Shown here piece after piece: positions 1 through 14,458 of a stretch of DNA of 64,000 bases (position 1 is its first letter; every line of letters begins with the position of its first letter). The notes under the pieces are model-generated. The model had not been told where the DNA came from and searched no databases. It saw nothing but the letters and a program-made list of their open reading frames with translations. The position numbers and the translations under genes are program-made. The DNA comes from Mobula birostris. Taxonomy: Eukaryota. The stretch lies in assembly GCF_030028105.1 (NCBI RefSeq), contig NC_092379.1, positions 19,755,309-19,819,308 of the forward strand, written 5' to 3'.

Positions 1-430
1 GGGAAGACAGAAATAAGGCACGACCCCCATCGCCCTGAACACTGAGCCGGACTTGGACACTTTGAGATCGGCGGCTTCAGCTCAGGCCGGCTTTGTCCGG
101 AGTCGCAGTGAGCGCTGTTTAGATAGGGACGTGGGCTGTGAGTGAGAGAGGGAGCCGCGGTTTGAACAGGCTCTCACACACTGAAACCAGAGGCGCAGCT
201 TCCTGTCCCCACCCACAGCAGCGATTTCAATTCCCCAAAAGATGTTTGTCTCTGCAACAGGCGGCAGGTCAGCGGCAGTGACCAGATCCGGATTAAAGAT
301 CGGTCACTCTCTGTTCGATTCATCAATTTCAGCGATGAACAGTTTGTTTAAACTGAAACACACAGAATCCCAGCGAGAGAGAATGAGAGACACCAGTCAG
401 TGGACAGATATCCCCCGGGAGACAGGGACT
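1..430. promoter_or_regulatory. CpG-rich, promoter-like segment
   Basis: Roughly 20 CpG dinucleotides in ~420 bp versus strong CpG depletion in most of the window; ETS-like cttcctgt near 199. Gene and direction unknown. Confidence 0.35.
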
Positions 431-839
431 GAGAGACCAGTCAATGGACAGATATTCTCCTTAGAGACATAGGCTGAGACTGTCTTTGCAGGAAAATGTA
501 TGAAGCAACAAAAAGAGTTACCACACAATCTTCTCACTGCTCCCACACCACAAGAATCAATGCTAAACAGCGATTCCTGGTGGAAATGGGTGGAATTTAC
601 ACTTATAAGGTATTTTCTCTTTCAGGGACTTGGCACCATGAATTTCAGTGCCAAGCCCTCAGCAGTTCTCCCCACAAAATCTTTTTAACCTGTTTCAGTG
701 TGATACTGGTTGAGGGATCAATGTCGGAACAGATAGTGGAGAACTTTCCAAACCTTTTATGTCCACCTGACACAACAACCCCACCATGGCACCAGTCAAA
801 ATAGTGAAGCTTCTTTTTACCCCCAAGAGGACCACAATC

Positions 840-2820
840 TTGTCAAAGAGTATCGTGGCTTGTGTGCCTCAGTGAACCAGAGATCTATGTTGGCTTACAT
901 CGGGGTCTTGTGCTTTAACTCTAGGTAGGGTCACCCATGCCAAACATGTTAAAGGATAGAGACTGAACAAAGAACGGTTCACCGTTCCTCCAGGTTTGGA
1001 GTTTCAGGTCAGGGTTAGTGAACCTGACTTATTATAAAGAAAATTGTAATTGTTACGAGATGCTCCCAACTGTGCCAGCTTCCAGGATTTAGACTCTCCA
1101 ACTCTCTGGAGCACAGATAGCCGGTAGCAGCCCCTTTAAGGTTCAGGATGATCCCGCTAATTGATAATCATGTTTTGGGCACCAAGAATTGAGTATGAAA
1201 GAACACCTGAACTGATGTTCAGTGCTCAATGGTAAACCCTACTAGTGATATTGTCTAGCATTCGTTTTGTGCTCAGACCTGGATCCAGTTTGATACCGTG
1301 TCTCGATCTTTGTTTCGGATACTCCAGCATTTGGGTCCAAAGCATCTTCATCAAAGACTCTTGTCGCAATTACGGAAACAGCAATGAAGAATCCTTCTAC
1401 ATCTGAGTGTGATAGTGTTCCCTAGTCACCACCCGGGACTTGCATGGCTGACAGGAGTGAAAACAGAGAGGAAACTATGGGTATGGTGAAGGGAGCCATG
1501 AACTTTGCCAAGACCAAGACCAAAAATGTTTTTTGGAATTGTCAAACCATGTACAACACTGTCAAGCTAGCACAAATAACTACGGTAATGTGTCATTACA
1601 GCCAACGTACACTGGCATCAGTGAAAGCAGATGGTCAGGGTCTGGCAGACTAAAGGCAGCAGCTGGTGCAGCAGTTTTATATTCAGGAAGGGAAGATGGT
1701 CAACGTCATGATGGATTAGCTGTCATTTTGAAGAAAGGCATTGAGAAGTGCCCAGTGGAATGAAAACCAATCAACAGTCGGCTGGTGAGAGTCAGGCTGA
1801 GAGTGAAGCAAGTGAACATGACTGTGATCCAGTGTTATGCTCCAAATAACAATAGTGACATTGAAGAATAGGATATCTTCTACAAATGGTGGAGTTAGAG
1901 TTAACACCACGCCGTGACATAATCATCATCATTGGAGATCTAAATGGCAAAGTGGGAAATAACAACTCACACTTCATTAGGGCCATGGATACGCAAGGAT
2001 ATAGGATGATCAATAACAATGGTGTTAAGTCTGGTGGAATTCTGTGCCATGAACAATCTGGTCACAGGAGAGACCCTCTTTCCACACCATGAAATAAACA
2101 AACTGACATGGAGCTTACCCAATGGATGTGACAAGATCCAGATTGACCATTTGATGATAAATGGTATGTGGAGACGATCCTTGCAGGGTGTAAAGGTGAA
2201 GAGAGGAGCAGATACAGGAAGTAATCATCACCTTGCTGTAGCAGTGATGAAACTCATGCTGAGAAGCACTGGGACCACAGCACATGTACAAAGATGTTTT
2301 GATGTTGAGAAACTTAAGAACATCAGTGTGAGATCTGCCGTCACCATTCAGCTTAAGGAGGGCTTTCAGACATTGGCGGGGATGTGTCAGTGGACAAGAT
2401 CAACACGATGTAGAAACAGATTGCATCAGTGTTCAACAAGAGCAGCGAGGCTTGTCTACATTACAGCGCTGGAAAAAATAACAAAGCATGGATACAGCAG
2501 GAAACATGGACAGACTTAGAAGAAAGATGGAAAATTAGGAAGAAAATGTTCAATGCAAAGTCAACACGAATTAAGGTGAAACTTTAATTGGCATTCACTG
2601 AAGCTAGCAAGAAAGTGAAGAGCTTCTAAGAGTGGATAAGAGAGTCTACATAGAAGACCTTGCACTGGCGGCCACAAGAGCGCCAGTCGATGTGATCAGG
2701 AAAATATATACAAGATTTCAAAACTGGTATGTGGAATGTTCCAAGCCAGATCCAGTAGCCCCATGAGAGGCAAGAAGGGTCTGCTTTTGACAAGAGAATG
2801 GAGCACGATGGACAGGGTAT
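840..2820 (+). mobile_element. Decayed RTE-clade LINE fragment (AP endonuclease region)
   Basis: Frameshifted endonuclease motifs across ORFs 1533-2519: GISESRW, IIIIGDLNGKVG, LVEFCAMNNL, QIDHLMING, GADTGSNHHL. Boundaries approximate. Confidence 0.8.
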
Positions 2821-3471
2821 TTCAGAAATTTACTGAGTAGACGCAGAGGACCTCTGGAAGGCCCCCTGTTCAGATTAAGTCAAGCCACATCTCCGACAGG
2901 AAGCTGAGAAGGAAATATCCCAATATCACTGTCCAGTTTCACCCACCTGTCAAGAATGAGAATATGAAATGTGTTTCTAGTAAATCAACAGCTGCACACA
3001 GAGATCCTGTTCAAATTTATCCCGTGCACTGAGTGTCAGAAGGAGGTTGTTCAGCCCTTCCGTCTATTCCCTCCAAAGCTGACCTATGTCCGATCTCCAT
3101 TTACCCTCCTTGGCTCATATTTTAATAATTGAACTCAAACAAAATTCTATTAATTTTGAAATTTCAACTGACACCTCCTCCCACCGCCCCTCACCCCAGT
3201 CTTGACCAGTTCCCAGGAAGAGATCCAGATTTCCAGTGCCCTGTATATCCTGAAGTAACAGATTCTTTGTGTTATTCTTCTGCACCATTCTTGAAAGTTT
3301 TTAAACTCCCCAATTACACTGGCCTTCAATTTTCCACACTTCGGGGAACAAGAGACCAGACCTAATATTCTATCCTAGTCCCACTAGCACTTCACTGGCC
3401 CTGGTCCACACAACCCCTTCTCCAAGGGGTGATGCCAAGAATCACAGCCAGTGCTTCAGATGTGGTCTAAT

Positions 3472-4700
3472 TAGAACATAGAATACAGCACATTACAGGC
3501 CCTTCAGCCCACAATGTTGTGCCAACCCTTAAACCCTGCCTCCTATATAGCCCCCCACCTTAAATTCCACCACGCACCTGTCTAGTAGTCTCTTAAACTT
3601 CACGAATGTGCCTGCTTCCACCACTGACTCAGGCAGTGCATTCCATGCACCAACCACTCTCTGAGTAAAAAGCCTTCCCCCTTGAACTTCTCACCCCTTA
3701 CCTTAAAGCCATGTCCTCTTGTATTGAGCAGTGGTGCCCTGGGGAAGAGGCGCTGGCTATCCACTCTATCTATTCCTCTTATTATCTTGTACACCTCTAT
3801 CATGTCTCCTCTCATCCTCCTTCTCTCCGAAGAGTAAAGCCCTAGCTCCCTTAATCTCTGATCATATTGCATACTCTGTAAACCAGGCAGAATCCTGGTA
3901 AATCTCCTCTGTACCCTTTCCAATGCTCCCACATCCTTCCTATAGTGAGGTGACCAGAACTCCAATTGTGGCCTAACCAGAGTTTTATAGAGCTGCATCA
4001 TTACATCGCGACTCTTAAACTCTATCCCTCGACTTATGAAAGCTAACATCCTATAAGCTTTCTTAACAACCCTATCTACCTGTGAGGCGACTTTCAGGGA
4101 TCTGTGGACATGTACCCCCAGATCCCTCTGCTCCTCCACACTACCAAGTATCCTGCCATTTACTTTGTACTCTGCCTTGGAGTTCGTCCTTCCAAAGTAT
4201 ACCACCTCACACTTCCCCGGGTTGAACTCCATCTGCCACTTCTCAGCCCACTTCTGCATCCTATCAATGTCTGTCTGCAATCTTTGACAACCCTCTACAC
4301 TATCTACAACACCACCAACCTTTCTGTCATTTGCAAACTTGCCAACCCACCCCTCCACCCCCACATCCAGGTCGTTAATAAAAACCACGAAAAGTAGAGG
4401 TCCCAGAGCAGATCCTTGTCGGACACCACTAGTCACAATCCTCCAATCTGAATGTACTCCCTCCACCACAACCCTCTGCCTTCTGCAGGCAAGCCAATTC
4501 TGAATCCACCTGGCCAAACTTCCCTGGATCCCATGCCTTCTGACTTCCTGTACAAGCCTACCATGTGGAACCTTATCAAATGCCTTCCTAAAATCCATAT
4601 AGATCACATCCCCTGCATTACCCTCATGTATATGCCTGGTCACCTCCCCAAAGAACTCCATCAGGACTGTTGGACATGATCTGCCCTTCACAAAGCCATG
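3472..4700 (-). mobile_element. 5'-truncated CR1 LINE (RT C-terminal half and 3' end)
   Basis: ORF 3600-4691: YMDFRKAFDKVPH, GVRQGSALGP, degenerate FADD (FAND), MEFNPGKC, ALERVQRRFTR. Same subfamily as 14528-15320. Confidence 0.9.
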
Positions 4701-5579
4701 AAATCTCTACTCCACAGTAGTGTAATTTCCACCCCTCTGTATCCCTGTTTTCCCCATTAACTGCAGCACATTAAGACCTTTAGCTTAAATTCATCCTTAG
4801 GATTAATTAGAACCCAAACCTGCCAGTGGTCTCTCATCTTTCACATTCCCTCTCTGTCCGCTGGGATTGGTCATTCCCTTATGGAATCTGAGTCAGTCAG
4901 CTGACACAGCAGAAACAAGACCTGTCCAAACAACAACCTCTGTGACTGTGGGCAGTTTACCTCCTTATGTTTCTCACCACCCCTGAGTATTTTCATACGT
5001 ACCTGCCTCGACCTAAAGAGAGTGGGAGAAGGACATGGTGAAGGAAAGGAAACTCAATAGATTTTGTTTCTCTCCCGTGACTCTGGTAATACACAGAGTT
5101 AAATGAAACGTACAGCACAGCAGCAGATTCAGACCAATTATTTCATGCCATTGTTTATTTTCTGCAGGAACCTCCAGTCACTCCATCTTTGTGCATCTGG
5201 GTTAACTTCCTCTTCTGTTCCCTTTCACAACATTCACTTCTGTGGGAGAGATCTATATTCTCCCATCCTCTGGATGAATAATCCAAGTTGGATGATTAGT
5301 GATTATTTACAATAGTTTTAATCCCCCTGAAGACTTTCTCCTCCAACCTATCAGGTATTTTTCTCATCTGTGAGGTGGAAATATGCTTTACCCTTCAACC
5401 TTCTCATGACCCGCCTTTCCAGGGTGTATATGAGCATCTAAACCTCTCACATATTACTAATGAGTCCAACAATGTCCCCCTTTTTTCACAGGAAAGAGCC
5501 CAAAAGTCAAATCCAGTACATTCCAGCATCAAGGAGGCAGTGTCCCTGCTGGGAGAATTCCATGGGACTGGGTAAGAGG

Positions 5580-6180
5580 AGAGTACAGATTGCTTTTTGT
5601 CCAAGTTGAAGCACAGGTTTTCATGCCTGCATTAATCTGGGTGAAAATTCATGAACCCTCAGTTCTGGTTGCTCCATTGTAAGGATGTGGTGGATTTGGA
5701 GAGGATGTAAAAGATGTTCACAAGCATGTTGTCTGGATTAGAGAATATTAGCTGTAAGGAGAGGTTGAACAATCTTTGACTGTTTATTCTGGAGCGTAGG
5801 CTGAGAGGCAACCTGATAGAGGCTTATAAAAGTATGAGAGTTATTGACAGGGTCGACAGTCAGAGTCATTTTTCCAGGTTAAAATGTCATTTCCAAAAGG
5901 ACAGAGATTTAAGGTGAGGGGTATAACATTCAAAGGAGATTTGTGGGTTGTATTTTTACACACAGAGTGATAGGTGCCTGGAATGCACTGGCAGGAGTGG
6001 GGTGAATCAGCATGATAGGACAGTTGAGATACATTTGAAAAAGCACATGACCATTCAGGATATGGAGGGATATGGATTCTATGCAGATAGTTCGGTTTAG
6101 ATTAATTTGGCGTTGTGGTTGTCACAGTCATCATGGGCTGAAGGGCCTGTTCCTGTGCTCTGCTGTTCTGTGTTGTAGGT
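5580..6180 (+). mobile_element. CR1 LINE 3' fragment
   Basis: Typical CR1 3' coding remnant followed by the 3' end motif gggctgaagggcctgttcctgtgct. Confidence 0.75.
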
Positions 6181-8088
6181 TTACTTGAAGCTCAGTAACA
6201 TTTGTGATTAATAGCTGACAGATGTCTGAAACCCTGTGATAACATTAACACTCAGTCCTTACACTTCCTCTCAGGTTTCACAGGCAGGTTTAATTTGAGC
6301 AGGGGGCCCTCCCAGTGGAGCTGTGTTACTAAAAAGAATAAACACACTGCTTTACATATGGAAATACAATTCTAACGTTGTGCTTTGCACCAGCCTACGT
6401 TTATCACACAGAATGAGACAAAATGAATCGAAACCGAAGGGCAAAATATGCAGAGACAGCAAGACCCTCTCTTCATTACAGAGCATTTGTCTCGTGTCAG
6501 AAACAGGCTCACTGTAATGATGATTGACTGTTACTGATTGATTTATTGATTATGTTATGGGAATGAGCAGTTCAAATGTAGGTATACCTGCACTTTATGT
6601 TCTGAAGCAGTTGGGAAACTCCCACCAACAACTGAAAGTGTGTTTGCTCAGACTGAGCACAGAAGCTCATCCTGATGACTGTAGTTCAGGTGATCAGATG
6701 ATTGTGAATTGGCAGCAATAAAGTGGAAAATAAGGAGAAACTAAAAGATGCCACGGACTGCCTTGTCAATGTTCCATCGATGGGCAGAATCTCGGTGTGA
6801 CATGCTGGAGCTCACGTTTGTTGATGAGAATGAAGGCTGCCCGGTGAATCAACTTTAGACTGAAACAGCAACACAGACAACAATCTCCGTGGGAGCTGGG
6901 GGGGTGGGGGCGATGTTATCAGTGGCCTGGAAACTCTCAGGCCCTGAAGATCAGGGATAATCAACTTGCGTATTCAGAGAGAATCGATAATCTGTCATTG
7001 CAACATTGTCAGATAATGAGGTCTGCAATTATAGGTATCTATTAAACCTTTCTTTCTGTCATCTGGACAATAAAATGTGTAGTTTTATTCCTATAAGAGC
7101 CTTGGGCCAGTAGATTGCTATTTGATTTTTGTGATTACCTTGAATAAAATAACATCACCTGAATTGGATTTGTGTCTCTTTAAACTCTGATTGATAGATC
7201 TCACAATACCTGCAAATAACTGTCCTGAGGAGGGTAGTGTGATGGTACTACCTTATTATTTGGGGAATTTTGACCTTTCAGGTGTTGGATTGGACTGTAT
7301 AATTGTTATTTGGCTTGTAGTTTAACTTTCTTATGTTTGTTTGTTTTTAAATAATTACCTACATAGATGTAACAGTGGGTTGCCATTCCATGCATCTCCT
7401 GGAAACTCCCAATTTCAGTGGCAGGTATCACATTGCTTGAATAGGGACTATCTCACTGATTAATTTAAGCAGTGGGATTTGAATGGAATGTCCGCTACCA
7501 GTTTTCAACAGTTATAAGCAATGGGTTTTAATGCCCCTTCTTGACCTCTGAAGAACTCTTCATCAGGACATCAGGACCCAACACAAGTTTAAGTTTTGAT
7601 CAACAAATCCATCAGACAGGCTGGGGAATCCAGCATTTGGGGTGGCATGGTAGTGGTGAAGTATGTAAAAGGTTAACACCGTCAGTTAAGCATAGCAGGC
7701 TGTTTTCTCTGAAAGAACCGTTGATGATCGACAGATGTGCCATTCAATGCTGATCAATATTTCTTCTCGAAGTTAGCCAGCTGGTGTTTCAGGGTCCTTG
7801 TCCTTGTGCAATTATGTGCAGAGATAAGACCAGCCTGTTCTGTGTATGAGACCTTATGCCTATTCTGTAATTTGTCTTTCGGGAATGTCATGTAGTAGAT
7901 AAGTTTGGCTCCAGCCTGTCTTGTGTGGGGGTATCTGAATGAATATACTCATGTTGTAAGGGGAATTGTGAGTTAGTTGGTGGACTGTTCCTGTTTGGGC
8001 GACTAACTGAGTAAGCCCTGGGTGCTTTGAATAAAGAATTTGTACTTATACTGTCTCTGAGTGACTTTATGCAGATTCCACTTCCACA

Positions 8089-8364
8089 GTAGTGTAGTGG
8101 TTAGCAGAATGCTTTCCAGTGCAGGTGACCTGGGGTTCAATTCCTGTCACTGCCTGTAAGGAATTTGTAATTTCTCCCCGAGAATGTGTGGGTTTCCACC
8201 GGGTACTCCAGTTTCCTCTCACAGTCCAAAGACAAACCGGTTGGTACTTTAATTAGTCATTGTAAATTGTCCTGTGATTAGACTAGGATTAAATCAGGAT
8301 TCCTGGGCAGTGTGGCTCGAAGGGCCAGAAGGGCCTATTCCATGCTTTATGTCAGTAAATAAAT
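8089..8364 (+). mobile_element. tRNA-derived V-SINE (HE1-like)
   Basis: A-box-like gtagtgtagtggttag, B-box ggttcaattcc, V-domain-like gtgtgggtttccaccgggtactccagtttcctctcacagtccaaagac, CR1-like tail ending taaataaat. Confidence 0.75.
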
Positions 8365-9000
8365 GAATTAAATAATTTACATGGACTTTACTGACCTTTT
8401 GTCAGGAATTCATTCTGAAATGATTCGTGAGTTTCCTCTCACTCTCCTCCATATGGGAGTCCACTCTACTGTCAATTACTCTATCTGAGGAGCTTCCTTA
8501 ACGAAGTCCACAGATTCATTCTAATGAATTTAAACCTGCAGTACTGTCTTTCTCTTCCTCTTTAATTTAAATCTATCTTATGGATGTCATTTCCATTCCC
8601 TTCACTCCTCCATCTCTCTATGTCTGATGTCTCATTGAGCCAGGAAATTGTGGTGCAAACCATTTCAGCACATCATCCCGTTGGACTGAGGCATTGCTTC
8701 CAGATTCCTCCTCTGACCAGACATTTCCTTACCTGCCATTCCCTCTCCTTCTATGATCTGACATCTGATTTATGCCCTGATGGGTCATCCCACACAGCAG
8801 TATCCAAAGAGGTGTACTTGTTGCTGAGGAGAATGGCTACAGCGGAACCTTGCAATGACTGCTGAATCCCCTTACCTCTTCTGTTGGTCACCCATCTACT
8901 GTGTGAAGCCCATACTCTGGGTGTGACCACCTCTTCAATAGTCTCATCTATAATGTCTTCAGCCTCCTGGATGATCCTGAGTACATCCAACTCCAGCTCC

Positions 9001-11720
9001 AGTGGAGTATTACACTGGGGTAAAGGAAATTACAGAGTCATGAGAGAGGAGTTAGCCAACGTTGAATGGAAGGGGACACTAACAGAGATGATGGCAGAGG
9101 AGCAATGACAAGTATTCTGGAGGCAGGATGACATTCCATGGCTGACAAGGGAAGTCAAAGACAAAGTATAAACAAAAGAAAGGGCCTATAATAGAGCAAC
9201 AACTAGTGGGGAGTTAGAGGATTGGGATGCTTTTCAAAACCAACAGAAGGCAACTAAAAAAGCTGTAGGGAGAGAAGAGATGAAATATGAAGGTCAGCTC
9301 GCCAATAATATCAAAGGGGATACCAAAAGGTTTTTCAGATATATGAAGTGCAAAAGTGAGGCGAGAGTAGATATCGGACTGCTGGAAAATAACACTGGAG
9401 AGGTAGTAATGGGGGAACAAGGAAATGGTGGATGAATTGAATAGATATTTTCCATCAGTCTTCACTGTGGAACACGCTCACAGTTTGCCGGAGGTTTGAG
9501 AGTGTCATGGGGCATAAGGGAGAAGGTGCTTGGGAAGCTGAAAGGTCTGAAGGTAAATCAGCCACCTGGACTAGATGGACTACACCCTAGATTTCTGAAA
9601 GAGGCAGCTGAAGAGATTGTGGAGATATTAAGAATAAGTTTTCGAGAATCACTAGATTCTGACATGGTTCTAGAGGACTGGAAAGTTGAAAATGTCATTC
9701 CACTCTTCAACAAGGGAAAGAGGCAGAAGAAAGCATATTATAGATCAGTTAGCCTGACCTGAGTGACTGGGAAGCTGTTGGAGATGATTGTTGAGAATGA
9801 AGTTTCAGGGTCCTTGGAGTCACATGAGAATTAAACGGGAGGAGCAGATGGCAGCCCAGCGCAGCGCGCGCAGCTGTCTGGTGAAATGATATCGTATTTG
9901 TAAGTAGGATGCCGTGCACAATCCTGATTTGATGGAGACAGACGTTGGAAGGCACAGAGGAACATATGGAGAAATTTCTGAAATGCTCGGTTCGCTGCCG
10001 CTGCTACTGTGCGATCGAGAATCTCTGGAGGGAAGGCCCCAAAATCCCGGCTTTGCCTGCTGCTGGCGACCGTGGCTGGGGTCGAAGCGTTCGGCAGAGG
10101 TGGTGCTCGGTACTCGGTGTTGGAGGGCTGATCGGAGCTCGAAGTTTTCGGATGACTCAGCGTTGGACTGTGGTCAGGCATGGCAGGGAGAGTTTTCTTC
10201 CTTTTCCCATCTGTGTGAGATGTGGGACTTTCGAGAGACTTTGAACTTTTTTACTGTGGCATGGCCTGTTCTTCATCAAGTTATGGTCTTGTTGCACTGT
10301 TGTAACTATATGTTAAAATTATGTGGTTTTTGTTAGTTTTTCAGTCTTGGTCTGTCCTGTGTTTCTGTGATATCACACCGGAGGAATATTGTATCATTTC
10401 TTAATGCATGCATTACTAAATGACAATAAAAGAGGATTGCGTGTCCTCATGATCTAATCTAATCTAAATGGCCAAGTCAACATGGTTTCCTTCAGGGGAA
10501 ATCTTGTCTGACAAACCCATTGGAATTCTTTGAGGAAATAACAAGCAGGATAGACGAAGGAGAGCTGGTGGATATTATGTGCTTGGATTTTTAAAAAGCC
10601 TTTGACAAGATGCCACACATGAGGATGCTTAACAAGATAAGAGCCCATGTTATTACAGGAAAGATACTAGCATGGATAGAGCATTGGCTGAATGGCAGGA
10701 GGGAAAGAGCAGGAATAAAGGGAACCTTTTCTGATTGGCTGCCGGTGACTAATGGTGTTCCACAGGGGTCAGTATTGGGACCGCTTCTTTTTACATTTGG
10801 ATGACAGAATTGATGGCTTTTTGGTCAAGTTTGCGGACAATATGAAGAAAGGTGAAGGGGCAGGTGTTGTTGAGGAAGCAGGTAGGCTGCAGAAGGACTT
10901 AGATTAGTGAATGGACAAACAAATGTCAGATGGAATATACTGTTGGGAAGTGTATAGTCATGCACCTTGGTAGAAGGAATAAAAGCGTAAACTATTTTTA
11001 AACGGGGAGAATACCCAAAAATCCAAGATGCAAAGGGACTTAGGAGTTCTCGTGCAGAATTCCCTGAAGTTTAAATTGTAGCTCAGTGGTGAGGAAAACA
11101 AATGCAATGTTACCATTCATTTCAGAGGACTAGAATATAAAAACAAGGATGTAATTCTGGGTTTTTATAAGGCATTGGTGTAGTCTCACTCGGAGAGTTG
11201 AGAGCAGCTTTGGGCCCCTTATCTAAGTAAGGATGTGTTGACATTGGGCAGAGTTCAAAGGAGGTTCATGAAAATGACTCTGGGATTGAAAGGCTAATCA
11301 TATTTGGAGCATTTGATCGCTCTGGGCCTGTACTTGCTGGAATTTAGAAGAATGAGGGGGATCTCATTGAAACCTATCAAATGTTGAAAGGCCTAGATAA
11401 GAATGCATGTGCAGAGAATGTTCCCCACGGTGGGGGAGTCTAGGACCAAAGGGCACAACTTCAGAATAGAGGGACGCCCTTTTAAAACAGAGATGAGGAA
11501 CAATTTGTTTAGCCTAAGGGTGGTGAATCTGTAGAATTAGTTTTCACATGCAGTTATGGAGGCCAGGTCACTGAGTGTATTTAAAATGGTGGTTGATAAA
11601 TTCTTGATAAGTCAGGGTGTAAAAGATTATGGGGAGAAGGTAAGAGAATGGGGTTGAGAGGGAAATGGATCAGCCATGATCAAGTAGCGGAACAGACCCA
11701 ATCAGCTGAATGGCCAAGTT
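9001..11720 (+). mobile_element. CR1 LINE ORF2 remnant interrupted by a nested repeat
   Basis: GLDGLHPRFLKE, WKVENVIPLFNKG, GVPQGSVLGPLLF; coding continuity is broken by the 9835-10469 insert. Confidence 0.85.
9835..10469 (+). repeat. Interspersed repeat, LINE 3'-end-like with AATAAA and (ATCTA)n tail
   Basis: Inserted inside CR1 coding sequence; second homologous copy at ~25740-26405. Confidence 0.7.
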
Positions 11721-13264
11721 CTGCTCCAATATCTTATGGTCTATATGGTCACTGAAAGTGGAGTCACATGTAGACAGGGTGGTGAAGAAGACTGTTGGTA
11801 TTGTGTGTAAAAATTGGGAGTACATGGTGGGATTGTACAAGGTGCTGGTGAGATTGCATATGGGGTATTGTGTTCAGTTTTTATTCGTCCTGCTGGTGAA
11901 AAGATGTTATTAATCTGGAAAGAGTGCAGAAAAGATTTACAGGGATGTTGCCATGACTGAGTTAAAGGGAGAAGCTGTCTAAACTAAGACTTTCCTTGGG
12001 GTGAATATACAGATTGCAGAACATATAATTTATTTACAGTTACTGAGGGGAGTCAAAATAACAGTGAGATGGATGTCTTTCTGCTACTGTACTTGATTAT
12101 TAAATCTCTAGCAACCTCCAGCTTAGATCTGGTGAAAACTCAGGCTGTCAGGAGACCGAGTGGAGATTTTGTAGAGATGCATGAAATGATGAGGGCAATG
12201 GATAGGAAAAGTTCCCACAAAATGCTGTCAATGTGACGAGCTTGGATGGGCATCTTGGTCAGCATGGACGAGTTGGGCCGAAGGGCCTGTTTCCATGCTC
12301 CTTGACTCTCTGACTCTCCAAATGCAAGTGCAATTTACCGTGGGCAATTAACCTACCAACAATCCTGTAGGATGTGGAAGAAAGACATATTTCAATGTGA
12401 CATATTCATCTGAAAAGCTCCGGCAGACTCAGGAACTCCTGATGGTCTGGAATCCTCCTGTGCACTGTTTTACCCACATCCTCCACCCTCTCAGTCTGAC
12501 GGATACACTGACACCCAGTGGCTGTCGGTTGGTATTACAACAGTCAGTTTGTTGTAATATTTGGAGGTGTTCCTCTGACCCCAGTGGTTACAGTTTATCA
12601 CTGCAAGGTAACAAATGCTTCGTCAAATTGTCTTCAATCCAGACACAAGAGTCTGTAAATGCTGGGATCTGGAGCTGCACACAATCTACTGGAGGAACTC
12701 AGCGGGTTGAGCAGCATCGGTGGACAGAAGCTGTCAAATCCCTGAATGAGGACAGTCCGTGAGCATCTGGTTTACAACAGACAGAATGAAATTACCGGAG
12801 TAAAGAAAACCTGCTGATGTTGAAAATCAGAAGGAAAAACTCTTGGAAGCACTGGACAGACAATATAGATTGTACATCAGTGGTAGCGGGAAAGAAACGG
12901 AGTGTCGGTGAGTAGACCAGATACATCTCCAAATATGCCAACTTATCTATGTCAACGATCGTCAAAACAACTAAAATAGCAAAAGCAGAGTCCAATGAAC
13001 AAGAGCTCAAATCAAGCTCTATTGAAGACATCGGATAAATGCAAATTATTGCAAGGTAATGATATATTGACAGAAAAAGCCAACGAGGGAAAGCAGGGAT
13101 TGTATAAAATGTCCCATCAGTGAGAAACTACTGAATGAAAACCCTGTCCTTTCCCTGTCTGTCACTTTCAATGTGACAAATTCATCTGAAGAGCTCCTGT
13201 AGTCTCAGACCCTTCTGGCACAATGGAATCCTCCCGTGCACTGTTTCACCCACACCGTCCAGCA

Positions 13265-14458
13265 GTGTCTCTGTGCCTGACTGGACGCAGTATATCACCC
13301 CAGCCGACTCACAGGTGAAGTGTTGCCTTACCTGGAAGGACTGTCTGGGGCCCTGAATGGTGGTAAGGGAGGAAGTGTAAGGGCACGTGTAGCACTTGTC
13401 CCGCTTACAAGGATAAGTGCCGGAGGGAGATCGGTAGGGAGGGAGGGGGGGGTGGCAAATGGACAAGGGAGTCATGTAGGGAGCGATCCCTGTGGAAAGC
13501 AGAGCAAGGGGGGTAGGGAAAGATGTGCTTAGTGGTGGGATCCCGTTGGAGGTGGCGGAAGTTACGGAGAATAATGTGTTGGACCCGGAGGCTGGTGGGG
13601 TGGTAGGTGAGGACAAGGGGAACCCTATTCCTAGTGGGGTGGCGGGAGGATGGAGTGAGAGCAGATGTGCGTGAAATGGGGGAGATGCGTTTGAGAGAAG
13701 AGTTGATGGTGGAGGAAGGGAAGCCCTTTTCTTTAAAAAAGGAGTACATCACCCTCATCCTAGAATGAAAAGTCTCATCCTGAGAGCAGATGCGGCGGAG
13801 ACAGAGAAATTGTGAGAAGAGGATGGCATTTTTGCAAGAGACAGGGTGAGAAGAGGAATAGTCCAGATAGCTGTGAGAGTCAGTAGGCTTATAGTAGACA
13901 TCAGTAGATAAGCTGTCTCCAGAGATAGAGATAGAAAGATCTAGAAAGGGGAGGGAGGTGTCCAACATGGACCAGGTAAACTTGAGGGCAGGAGGAAAGT
14001 TGGAGGCAAAGTTAATGAAGTCAATGAGCTCAGCATGCCTGCAGGAAACAGTGCCAATGCAGTCGTCGATGTAGCGAAGGAAAAGTGGGAGACAGATACC
14101 AGAATAGGTTTGGAACATAGATTGTTCCAAAGCCAACAAAACGGCAGGCATAGCTAGGACCCATACGGGTGCACATAGCTACACTTTAGTTTGGAGGAAG
14201 TGGGAGGAGCAAAAGGAGAAATTATTAAGAGTAAGGACTAATTCCGCTAGACGGAGCAGAGTGGTGGTAGAGGGGAACTGGTTCGGTCTGGAATCCAAAA
14301 AGAAGCGGAGAGCTTTAAGACCTTCCTGATGGGGGATGGAAGTATATAGGGACTGGACATCCATGGTGAAAATAAAGTGGTGGGGGCCAGGGAACTTAAA
14401 GTCATTGAAAAGTTTCAGAGGGTGAGAAGTGTCACGAACATAGGTAGGAAGGGATTGA
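13265..14458 (-). mobile_element. Penelope-like element fragment (RT and start of GIY-YIG)
   Basis: FLRYIDDCIG, DVYYKPTDSHSYLDYSSSHP, SQFLCLRRICS, QSFQVRQHFTCES in ORFs 13182-14364. Confidence 0.9.

Noticed and set aside
3600-4691. Longest ORF (363 aa) as a host gene
   Set aside because: It is CR1 reverse transcriptase with a degenerate catalytic motif; the same applies to the other CR1, RTE and Penelope ORFs.
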